Of a stretch of DNA of 11,668 nucleotides, positions 1-8,173 are shown in pieces (position 1 is the stretch's first letter; each line of letters starts with the position of its first letter). The stretch is from an uncultured Pseudomonadota bacterium. Lineage in GTDB: Bacteria > BMS3Abin14. A program made the translations under genes and the position numbers. The stretch is taken from assembly GCA_964454175.1 (NCBI GenBank), contig CAYVSA010000020.1:18714-30381 (forward strand), in the 5' to 3' direction. Below the pieces are notes generated by a model, which was not told where the DNA came from, did not search any database, and saw only the letters and a list, made by a program, of their open reading frames with translations.

Positions 1-15
1 GGACCGGAAAAACGA

Positions 16-3000
16 TTACCCGATCATTTTTTTTACAATAGCGACCAGCGATTCTGCTCGATAGGGCTTCTGGATAAACTCCACGTCGGGGTATTCGTCC
101 ATTATTTCGGTGCATGTCTCCTGCTCGGTATACCCGGAGGAGAGTATTATCCTTGTGTTGTTTGCTTTTTCCATGATCCCGGCAAAAACTTCCTTTCCCC
201 CCATCTCCGGCATCGTCATATCCAGGAGCACGAGGTCAATTTCCTTTCCCAGCTTGCGGAAGACCTCCAGTCCCTCGGCACCATCACTGGCAAGGATCAC
301 GGTCAGTCCGCTGTCTTCCAGGATGTTGGTGGCAACATCACGGACGTACTCCTCGTCGTCTACCACGAGAACGGTCCCGCTGCCGGTCCATGCTCCCTCT
401 TCCGGGGGGATTTCTCCGGGTATATCCTCCCGGGTGATCTCGGCAAAAGGCAGTAGTACCCTGAAGGTAGTGCCCTTGCCGGGCTCGCTTTTTACCTTGA
501 TGGTCCCCTTGTGGCCCCTGACGATGCCCAGGACAGCTGCCAGTCCCAGACCCCGGCCGGTTTCCTTGGTTGTATAGAACGGGTCGAACAGCTTCTCGAG
601 GGTTTCGTCATCCATCCCGACCCCCGTATCGGAGACGGTCAACAGGGAATATATCCCCCCAGGGAGCTCATCTGGAGAATACAAACTGGTGAGGCTGTCC
701 TGCTCGAATTCCTTTACTCCCGTTGTGACGGTGATGGAGCCGGATTCGTCTCCAATGGCGTCCGAGGCGTTTGTTATGAGGTTCATTATAAGCTGCTGGA
801 TCTGGGCTGAACTTCCCTCGATCGTAACCCTGTCCGGTGAGAAGTTGTAGTAAATGCTGCATTTCTTGCCCACCGAGGAGACGAGGAGCTGGGACATCTC
901 ATCGACTATCAAGTTCATGTCCAGGGTCCCGATAACGAACTTGCCCTTACCGGAGTAGGCCAGCATCTGGTTCGTCAGGTCAGATGCCCTGATGGAGGCC
1001 TGCTCTATCCTCTTGATGTTGGTCGCCGCCGGATGATCATCGGGTATTTTCGGGAGGGCAAGGCTCGCATTCCCCATTATCCCCATGAGAAGATTGTTGA
1101 AATCGTGGGCAATACCCCCAGCCAGGATCCCAAGGCTCTCCAGTTTCTGGGAGTGGTGAATCTGGGCCTCGAGCTTCTTGCGTTCGGTAATATCTCTTAT
1201 GATAGCTGTAAAATGTCTTTTTCCCCCTGATCCGATTGAGGCCAGAGAGAGCTCCAGGGGGAAGATCTCCCCGGTTTTTCGAAGTCCCTCAACTTCCACC
1301 GTTTTTCCCATTATCCTGCCCTTTTCGGACTCGATAATTCGCTTCATTCCGGCCCTGTGTGCTTCGACGTAGCTTTCCGGCATGAAAACTGTCACGTCTG
1401 TGCCCAATGCTTCTTTCTCGCTGTATCCGAAAATGTCGAGGGCCGCTCGATTCCAGGAGGTGATCTTACCATTTATGTCCACCGTAATAATGGCGTCGGT
1501 CGCGGTCTGGACAACCGACCTGAAGTGCTCTTCGCTTTCCTTCAGGGCCTCTTCTGCATTTTTTCGCTTTGTTATGTCTGCAAACATGGCAAGTGCGGCT
1601 ACGGGAGTACCTTCATCGTAGATAGGTGCTGTGGAAATGGCGACGTTAATGGGTGTGCCGTCTTTCCTGTGTCTGACGAGTTCCTCGTCCAGGAGACGCT
1701 CGCCCTCCAGGGTTCCTCTCACCAGGTCCATGAACTCTTTCCTGGCCTGCTCTAATACAGCCGGGCTTATCCGGCCAACGACTTCCTCTGCCTTCCAGCC
1801 GAAGATGCGTTCCGCCGCGGTGTTCCACGTCATTATCTTTCCCGACGGATCAAATGTAATAATTGCCAGTGGGGAGCCGTCGATAAGGGCCTGCAGGTTT
1901 CTGTTGGCCTCCCTCATCGACTTTGAAGCCTGTTTTCTCTCATGGATCTCGGTTTCCAGTTCCGCAGTCCTGATCCTGACTTCGTTTTCCAGGGAAGAGT
2001 GCAATTTTTCCAGCTGTTCAAGCATGGAATTGAAGGCTTCGGCAACTGACCTGATCTCCAACGTACCTGCCAGGTCTGCCCTGGTGGAAAGGTCACCGTT
2101 CTCGACCTGCTTTGCACTTATGCTCAGATTGGTTATGGGTGCTGTGAACTTTTTCAGCAGGAGATCGGTCATAACAAGAAAGATGACAATAGTAGACAAC
2201 GCCACCAATAGGGCAGAACGCTGTGATCTGTAAATAGGCCCGAAAACTTCGGCCGAGTCGCGTTTCACCACCATTCCCCATCCCTCTTCGGGGGATATCT
2301 GGATGTAGCGGTAAGCGGCCAGAACCGGCGTGTTACGGTAGTCTCTTGCAGTAATTATCCCCTCTTCTCCACGGGCTGCCAGCATGGCCGGAATCGCATC
2401 GACCGTATATTTCAGGGGTTTCGGAGTTGTCCCGTCCTCCAGGGGGTATTTCAGGGACGTTAGTATCTTCCTGTCAGCGTCTACCAGGAGGGCCTCGCCG
2501 GTCAGGCCGAGGCCACCACCGGTATGAAGCAGTGGTTTGATCATGCCATCGGAGTGAATGTGCAGTACAAGAATTCCGGCAGGGCCGGTAGCGGGTTTTT
2601 TTCCTTCGGGCGGCATGATGAGCCTTGCGATGTGAAGGTGGTAGCTTGAGTTCATGGAGTCGTATGGTACGAATACCAGGCTTTCGCCCAGATCTGGAAG
2701 CCTGCTGTAATATGACTCGTAATATTTGACCGTCAGGCCTATTTCCTGTGTGTTGGTAGAAAACATCACCGAGAAAGTGTCAGGGTCAAGGATCTCGATC
2801 TTTTCAAAGATGTTGTAAACTGAACTGTAAAGTGCAACGGAGGAGAGGATATTGCCGAAATTCTCAGTTTTTCCGAAATTCCTGAAAACTTCTCCTGCTT
2901 CTTGCTCATTTTCAGGCTTCAGCGCGGCGGCGAGGGAAGTTTTCAACTTGAAAACGTTTGAACGGAGCTCTGTGCTGTCGGTAAGCAGGGCGGCGTCAGC

Positions 3001-3276
3001 CTTTTTTTCCTCCAGCCACCGTACAAGTCTTTCTTTTTTCAGGTCGGCTGTCAGATTGAGAGACTTGAAGACCTCAGCCTGGCGGGATGCAAGGCTGCCC
3101 TTGATGCCGGTGAGGGGAAGGCCGTAAATCGTCACAAGGTAGCTGGCGACAAAGGCTGCTGTCATCAACAGGCCCAGGACTACAAGGAGCCTGGATCTCA
3201 ACGTCAGGAAATGATCGGTGAGCTTTCCGAAAACTCCCATCCTAGTGGGTCTCCCCGGCTGATTTTGCCCCGCCAT
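16..3276 (-). CDS. Membrane-bound hybrid sensor histidine kinase/response regulator (TM - periplasmic Cache-like domain - TM - HAMP - PAS/PAC x2 - HisKA - HATPase_c - REC)
   Basis: 1086-aa ORF. Two hydrophobic segments (LLVVLGLLMTAAFVASYLV; ALLVALSTIVIFLVM). Cache-like tail (DYRNTPVLAAYRYI...WGMVVK). HAMP (PITNLSISAKQVENGDL...EIRSVAEAFNSM). Two PAS-PAC repeats ending DITKRK and DITERK. H-box AGGIAHDFNNLL, N-box NLITNASDA, G1 DTGVGM, F-box FDPFYTTK, G2 GRGLGL. Receiver motifs VLVVDDE, LLDMTMPEMGG, SSG and KP. GAGAGG RBS-like sequence about 10 nt upstream of ATG 3276. Confidence 0.96.
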   Translation of the reverse strand: MAGQNQPGRPTRMGVFGKLTDHFLTLRSRLLVVLGLLMTAAFVASYLVTIYGLPLTGIKGSLASRQAEVFKSLNLTADLKKERLVRWLEEKKADAALLTDSTELRSNVFKLKTSLAAALKPENEQEAGEVFRNFGKTENFGNILSSVALYSSVYNIFEKIEILDPDTFSVMFSTNTQEIGLTVKYYESYYSRLPDLGESLVFVPYDSMNSSYHLHIARLIMPPEGKKPATGPAGILVLHIHSDGMIKPLLHTGGGLGLTGEALLVDADRKILTSLKYPLEDGTTPKPLKYTVDAIPAMLAARGEEGIITARDYRNTPVLAAYRYIQISPEEGWGMVVKRDSAEVFGPIYRSQRSALLVALSTIVIFLVMTDLLLKKFTAPITNLSISAKQVENGDLSTRADLAGTLEIRSVAEAFNSMLEQLEKLHSSLENEVRIRTAELETEIHERKQASKSMREANRNLQALIDGSPLAIITFDPSGKIMTWNTAAERIFGWKAEEVVGRISPAVLEQARKEFMDLVRGTLEGERLLDEELVRHRKDGTPINVAISTAPIYDEGTPVAALAMFADITKRKNAEEALKESEEHFRSVVQTATDAIITVDINGKITSWNRAALDIFGYSEKEALGTDVTVFMPESYVEAHRAGMKRIIESEKGRIMGKTVEVEGLRKTGEIFPLELSLASIGSGGKRHFTAIIRDITERKKLEAQIHHSQKLESLGILAGGIAHDFNNLLMGIMGNASLALPKIPDDHPAATNIKRIEQASIRASDLTNQMLAYSGKGKFVIGTLDMNLIVDEMSQLLVSSVGKKCSIYYNFSPDRVTIEGSSAQIQQLIMNLITNASDAIGDESGSITVTTGVKEFEQDSLTSLYSPDELPGGIYSLLTVSDTGVGMDDETLEKLFDPFYTTKETGRGLGLAAVLGIVRGHKGTIKVKSEPGKGTTFRVLLPFAEITREDIPGEIPPEEGAWTGSGTVLVVDDEEYVRDVATNILEDSGLTVILASDGAEGLEVFRKLGKEIDLVLLDMTMPEMGGKEVFAGIMEKANNTRIILSSGYTEQETCTEIMDEYPDVEFIQKPYRAESLVAIVKKMIG

Positions 3277-3318
3277 GAAATTTCAGCCTCTCGAGAGAAT
3301 ATTTGACTGGCTGCTCCA

Positions 3319-3612
3319 TTATTTCCCCTGACTCAGGAGGGTCAGAGCATCGGCCCTGCCTTCCAGGACCATGTCCTGTGCTTCCTGCCAGTCCATCAAC
3401 CGGACTTCAATGTCTCTTCCCATAGCCCTGGAGATGGCACGGATCACGTCAACATTCAGGCCTCGGGGCACATCGTTTTCGGTCCACTCGACAGGAGGAA
3501 GGTTAGCATCACCGGCGAAGATGAGGGGTTGTTCCTGTGCTGCGAGCCTTACGGGGAGTAGGAGCCCGCCCACACAGAGGGATAGTAAGAATGTGAGGAA
3601 CCTGTTTTTCAC
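3319..3612 (-). pseudogene. Truncated periplasmic solute-binding protein of family 3 (SBP_bac_3, polar amino-acid-binding type); signal peptide plus N-terminal portion only
   Basis: From GTG 3612: signal peptide MKNRFLTFLLSLCVGGLLLPVRLAA, then typical family-3 motifs LIFAGDANLPPVEW, GLNVDVIRAISRAMG, IEVRLMDWQEAQDMVLEGRADAL. It stops at TAA after 97 aa, whereas a complete domain is about 220 aa. The ORF track starts it at 3669. Confidence 0.75.
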
Positions 3613-3692
3613 GTTTCCGGCAATCACCTGAAATGGCAGTTTTGTGGATAAGTTGGCAGGAAAGCCCAATACCCAACTTTTTAATTCAACTA

Positions 3693-3724
3693 ATTATACT
3701 AATAATAACGATAAGGGTGTTCAA
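3693..3724 (-). promoter_or_regulatory. Putative sigma70 promoter for the SBP fragment and kinase
   Basis: On the minus strand: TTGAAC (3724-3719), N17, TAGTAT (3701-3696), overlapping a perfect TATAAT (3698-3693), within an AT-rich divergent spacer. Confidence 0.45.
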
Positions 3725-3797
3725 AGTAAATATCTTTCCGCTTTTTGATTATCAGGCATATCTGGCTGTTTTATTTTACTAAGTTTGCCGTCGTGAG

Positions 3798-3806
3798 TGG
3801 TATTAT
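3798..3806 (+). promoter_or_regulatory. Possible extended -10 promoter element for the DUF302 gene
   Basis: TG-G-TATTAT about 50 nt upstream of ATG 3855. No convincing -35 at the correct spacing. Confidence 0.3.
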
Positions 3807-3854
3807 TAATAAATGATTAAACACTGACAACGATGGCGGAAGGATGGGGTTGTT

Positions 3855-4250
3855 ATGGAAAAGGGAAACTATTTTTTCAGCGTAAAGGTAGATCTGAGCT
3901 ACGGCGATGCCGTGGCAAAGGTCAGGGAGGCTCTTGCCGCAGAAGGTTTCGGAGTACTCACCGAGATCGATGTTAAGGCGACCCTGAAAAAGAAGCTGGA
4001 CGTCGATTTCAGGCCTTACATTATTCTTGGTGCATGCAACCCGCCCCTGGCGTACCAGACGCTCCAGATGGAAGAGCAGATCGGCCTCATGCTTCCTTGC
4101 AATGTAGTCGTACAGGAGAGTGTGGGCGGGGGAACTGTCGTATCAGCTATCAGCCCCGAGGATGTGATGCAGCCGGTTGGCAATGAGGGTCTGGCACCAG
4201 TGGCTGCAGAGGTGTCAGAGCGGCTGCAGAGGGTGCTGAGAGCGTTGTAA
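3855..4250 (+). CDS. DUF302 domain-containing protein
   Basis: 131 aa with DUF302 signature motifs EGFGVLTEIDVKATLKKKL, YIILGACNPPLA and IGLMLPCNVVV. AGGA/GGGG purine-rich RBS upstream. Confidence 0.93.
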   Translation: MEKGNYFFSVKVDLSYGDAVAKVREALAAEGFGVLTEIDVKATLKKKLDVDFRPYIILGACNPPLAYQTLQMEEQIGLMLPCNVVVQESVGGGTVVSAISPEDVMQPVGNEGLAPVAAEVSERLQRVLRAL

Positions 4251-4302
4251 AAACTGGTCCCCATCGAGGTGTCAGAGCAAAAACGGTCAGGTGTCAGAGC
4301 AA
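4211..4302 (+). repeat. Cluster of three GGTGTCAGAGC motif copies (4211-4221, 4268-4280, 4290-4302)
   Basis: Read directly: GAGGTGTCAGAGCGG in the 3' end of the DUF302 gene, and AGGTGTCAGAGCAA twice in the spacer with a 22-bp period. Confidence 0.9.
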
Positions 4303-4370
4303 CTGCACTGATTGCTTGAATCGCTGCATAAAAAGTTCCATATTCCCGTAATACCTGTGTTTTTAAAGCC

Positions 4371-4444
4371 AACCTGGAACCTGCCTTTCGACAAGCTCAA
4401 GGCCCTGAGCAAAGTCGAAAGGGAACTTGAAACCAGGAGCCCGG
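4371..4444. repeat. Degenerate heptamer tandem repeat (AACCTGG/AACTTGA type) interrupted by a 39-bp REP-like imperfect palindrome (4384-4422)
   Basis: AACCTGG AACCTG [CCTTTCGAC AA GCTCA AGGCCC TGAGC AAA GTCGAAAGG] G AACTTGA AACCAGG AGCCCGG. Outer stem 9 bp, inner stem 5 bp. It lies between convergent genes, so it could also act as a terminator or RNA stabiliser. Confidence 0.8.
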
Positions 4445-4451
4445 TCTATAT

Positions 4452-6056
4452 TTAATCCCTCAACTTCAGATCAACCGCTTCCCCCGGTCCCCAACTGCCG
4501 GCCTCATAGCTCTTTAACCGTTCGGCCCTGTCAGAACACAGCTCGCACTCATGAAGAAGCGGCTCCATGAACTTCCAGGTCAGGTCGATTCCGTCCTGGC
4601 GCCAGAAGAGCATCCGGTCTCCTTTCATACAGTCTAACAGCGCTTTTTCATAGGCGGCCAGGACCGGGCCGTCATACCCCTGCAGGTAGTTAAAATCCAT
4701 GGTGACAGAGCGAAGTCTCGGTTTTGCCCCGGGGCTTTTGGTCTGGAACTTCAGGGAGATGTGTTCATCGGGCTGGATGCCCAGGGTGAGGAGGTTGCCG
4801 GATTTCCCCCCGCCGGAAATATCGCGGAATATGGGATGGGATGTTTTCCGAAATTTGATAACGATCTCGGTAAGCTTTCTGCCAAGCCTTTTGCCCGAGG
4901 TGATGTAGAAGGGAACGCCCCGCCACCTATCGTTGTCCAGGAAGACTTTCATCATGCCAAATGTCGGGGTCAGAGACCCGGGGTCCACGCCCTCTTCCTG
5001 CCTGTAACCGTTTGCTCTGACACCATCGATTATCCCGGGGCCGTATTGTCCCAGAACCAGGTTGTGGTGAACCTCGTGGGTTGGAAAAGGCACGAGCGAC
5101 TCGAAAACCCTGACCTTCTCGTTGTGAACAGCATCCGAGCTGAAGCTTTCCGGAGGCTCCATAGCAGTGAGGGCGAGTAGCTGCATCATGTGGTTCTGGA
5201 ACATGTCCCGCAGGACGCCTGATTTTTCGTAGTATCCGGCCCTCTTTTCCACTCCCAGGCTCTCGGCAGCGATTATGTCCACGTGGTCGACGTGATCCCG
5301 GTTCCACAGCGGTTCGAAAATGGAGTTGGCAAAGCGGAACATGAGGATGTTGCGGACAGTTTCCTTTGCAAGATAGTGATCTATGCGGAAGATCTGATTT
5401 TCTTCGAAGCTCTCGTGAATGACCCTGTCGAGCTCGGCGGCCGACTTCCTGTCACTGCCGTAGGGCTTTTCCACGACGATCCTGGCCCAGCCGTTGCCGT
5501 TCTGATGCTGGACCGAGAGGCCTGCTTCTCCAAGGAGCCGGGCAATATTGCCGTAAAGAAACATTGGGGTAGCGAGGTAGAAGATCCTGTTGCCGCCTGT
5601 TTTGCTGTTTTTGTCAAGTTTTCGCAGGTAATTGGCAAGTTCACGAAAGGAATCAGCTGAATCGTAAACAAGCCTCCGGTAGTGCAGGCGAGCTGAAAAC
5701 TCTTTCCACCCACCGGTGTCAGAGCACTTGCCCCCGTCCTTCTCACTGGTGTCAGAGCAAATTTCCTCACCCAGCCCGATCTTGAGTTTTTTCCGGAATT
5801 CTTCCGATCTGATAGCAGTTCTGCCGCATCCGACGATGCTGAAATGTTCAGGGAGACCGTTGTTGGAATACAGCTGGAACAGGGACGGTATAAGTTTCCG
5901 GGATGTCAGGTCACCCGAGGCCCCTATGATGACAAAGGTACACGGGTCCAGGGGACGATCAAGTTGGGCTTCTTCAGCAGGGATGGTCTCTGTCCTGACG
6001 TGGCCTTCGACTATCCCGCCCAGACCCGTCCCGGAAGTCCTGTTTCCGTCCGACAT
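4452..6056 (-). CDS. zwf: Glucose-6-phosphate 1-dehydrogenase
   Basis: 534 aa. Dinucleotide-binding GASGDL, GCGRT with the Arg that contacts the NADP 2'-phosphate, FYLATP, IVVEKPYG, catalytic signature RIDHYLAKE, RDMFQNHMMQ, RWRGVPFYITSGKRL, AYEKALLD, YEAGSWGP. Confidence 0.98.
   Translation of the reverse strand: MSDGNRTSGTGLGGIVEGHVRTETIPAEEAQLDRPLDPCTFVIIGASGDLTSRKLIPSLFQLYSNNGLPEHFSIVGCGRTAIRSEEFRKKLKIGLGEEICSDTSEKDGGKCSDTGGWKEFSARLHYRRLVYDSADSFRELANYLRKLDKNSKTGGNRIFYLATPMFLYGNIARLLGEAGLSVQHQNGNGWARIVVEKPYGSDRKSAAELDRVIHESFEENQIFRIDHYLAKETVRNILMFRFANSIFEPLWNRDHVDHVDIIAAESLGVEKRAGYYEKSGVLRDMFQNHMMQLLALTAMEPPESFSSDAVHNEKVRVFESLVPFPTHEVHHNLVLGQYGPGIIDGVRANGYRQEEGVDPGSLTPTFGMMKVFLDNDRWRGVPFYITSGKRLGRKLTEIVIKFRKTSHPIFRDISGGGKSGNLLTLGIQPDEHISLKFQTKSPGAKPRLRSVTMDFNYLQGYDGPVLAAYEKALLDCMKGDRMLFWRQDGIDLTWKFMEPLLHECELCSDRAERLKSYEAGSWGPGEAVDLKLRD
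5012..5024 (-). repeat. GGTGTCAGAGCAA motif copy inside zwf (sense strand, read as G-V-R-A)
   Basis: Plus strand TTGCTCTGACACC at 5012-5024. Confidence 0.85.
5711..5761 (+). repeat. Direct pair of CACYGGTGTCAGAGCA copies, 33-bp period, inside zwf (each read as C-S-D-T)
   Basis: CACCGGTGTCAGAGCAC at 5711-5727 and CACTGGTGTCAGAGCAA at 5744-5760. The protein reads ICSDTSEKDGGKCSDTGGW. Confidence 0.9.
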
Positions 6057-6059
6057 GCT

Positions 6060-6980
<921 letters not shown>

Positions 6981-7115
6981 TTCATATTCTCCTGTCAGGG
7001 AGGCGAGATACCCTGGGCCCCGCTCCTGGAGTGGCAGGGGTTAAACGATAATATGTACAAATTTAGCATATTTCTGAAGGGAGGGTCAGGTATTCCATCC
7101 CGCTAAAGGAACTAC

Positions 7116-7144
7116 TTGGATTCGGCCCGGGGGGAAGTTATAAT
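7116..7144 (+). promoter_or_regulatory. Putative sigma70 promoter of the TPAT operon
   Basis: TTGGAT (7116-7121), N17, perfect TATAAT (7139-7144), 65 nt upstream of the likely GTG start at 7210. Confidence 0.65.
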
Positions 7145-7209
7145 CCTGCGAAGTCGTGGGACTGCAGCATTTTCCTGGCGGCTTCATATTATTCAACCGG
7201 GAGATCAAT

Positions 7210-8145
7210 GTGCGCAAAACCAGGAGTCTGATTCAAGAAGGGAAGCTGTTCATCCCGGTATTACTCATGATGGCGCTTATTTTCTCCTCGTGCTCACTGC
7301 AAAGGTATGCCGTCAACAGGATGGGAGACGCCATGGCGGGCAGCGGCAGCACTTTCGCCAGCGATGACAATCCGGAGCTGATACGGGCGGCCACGCCCTT
7401 CAGCCTCAAACTCATCGAGAGCCTGCTGGCAGAGAGCCCCGAGCATCGCGGTCTGCTTCTGGCGGCTGCCAGGGGATTCACCCAGTATGGATACGCCTTC
7501 ACTGAGCAGGATGCGGACGAGGTTGAGAATGAAGATCTCCAACGGGCCATCGAGCTTCGCCGAGATGCCCGCCGCCTCTATATCCGGGCCAGGGATTACG
7601 GCCTGCGGGGACTTGAAACATCCCATAAGGGTATCCGTGATGAACTCTACCGGGATCCGGATAGTGCCGTCCAGGGACTTGTCGTGGAGGATGTACCTTT
7701 AATTTACTGGACGGCTGCTTCATGGGGTGCTGCCATTTCCCTGTCCAAGGACGACCCGGACCTGATCGCTGACCTGCCCCAGATGGAGTCTCTCATTTAC
7801 CGTGCCCTGGAACTGGACGAGGATTACGACTATGGCGCCATTCATGTCTTTCTGATTGCCCTGGAGTCGAGCAGACCGGGTAAAGCTCCCGAAGATCAAG
7901 AGCAGGTTCGTCTCCATTTCCGAAGAGCTGTGGAACTCTCCCGGGGAATGCTGGCCGCGCCGATGGTGGCTATGGCGGAAAACGTTTCCGTGGTCAGCCA
8001 GGACAGGAAGGAGTTCACAGATTTTCTAAACAGGGCCCTGGCCATTGATGCCGACGCAGTACCGGAGTGGCGTCTGAACAACCTGATCATGCAGCGCCGG
8101 GCAGCCTGGCTCCTGTCCCGGATAGACGATCTTTTTCTGGAATAG
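7210..8145 (+). CDS. tatT: TRAP transporter TatT component family lipoprotein (T subunit of a TPAT system)
   Basis: Likely start is GTG 7210 with a GGGAG RBS; the ORF track extends to 7156. Basic N-terminus, hydrophobic core and lipobox-like FSS-C28. Alpha-helical protein with TatT-like motifs DDNPELIRAATPFSLKLIESLL, GFTQYGYAF, LYIRARDYGLRGL, RALELDEDYDYGA, HFRRAVELS, FLNRALA, N-x(6)-A-x-WLL. Lies directly upstream of the dctP and dctQM genes. Confidence 0.88.
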   Translation: MRKTRSLIQEGKLFIPVLLMMALIFSSCSLQRYAVNRMGDAMAGSGSTFASDDNPELIRAATPFSLKLIESLLAESPEHRGLLLAAARGFTQYGYAFTEQDADEVENEDLQRAIELRRDARRLYIRARDYGLRGLETSHKGIRDELYRDPDSAVQGLVVEDVPLIYWTAASWGAAISLSKDDPDLIADLPQMESLIYRALELDEDYDYGAIHVFLIALESSRPGKAPEDQEQVRLHFRRAVELSRGMLAAPMVAMAENVSVVSQDRKEFTDFLNRALAIDADAVPEWRLNNLIMQRRAAWLLSRIDDLFLE

Positions 8146-8173
8146 CCCACCGAACCGGAGGTAAGAGACAATA

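Noticed and set aside
3277-3321. Readthrough or frameshift fusion of the SBP fragment with the kinase
   Set aside because: Two in-frame stops intervene, the intervening sequence has no SBP similarity in any frame, and the kinase has its own RBS and N-terminal TM helix.
3745-3755. TTGAT-T-ATCAG as an FNR or Fur box in the divergent promoter region
   Set aside because: FNR needs TTGAT-N4-ATCAA and the spacer here is 1 nt. The match is too short for a Fur box and could arise by chance in AT-rich DNA.
4211-4302. Possible mini CRISPR array formed by the GGTGTCAGAGCAA repeats
   Set aside because: The repeats are only 11-14 nt, the spacers are 8 and about 45 nt, and there is no leader or cas gene.
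4528-4980. Weaker motif-like strings in zwf (CCTGTCAGAACA near 4528; GGGGTCAGAGAC near 4966)
   Set aside because: They have two or more mismatches and are explained by ordinary Zwf residues (CSDR, SLTP), so they were not counted as motif copies.
6988-7042. Small hairpins upstream of gnd (CCGCTC-CTG-GAGTGG; CTCC/GGAG over the RBS) as a riboswitch or attenuator
   Set aside because: The stems are short, one pairs better on the non-transcribed strand, and there is no recognisable riboswitch consensus.
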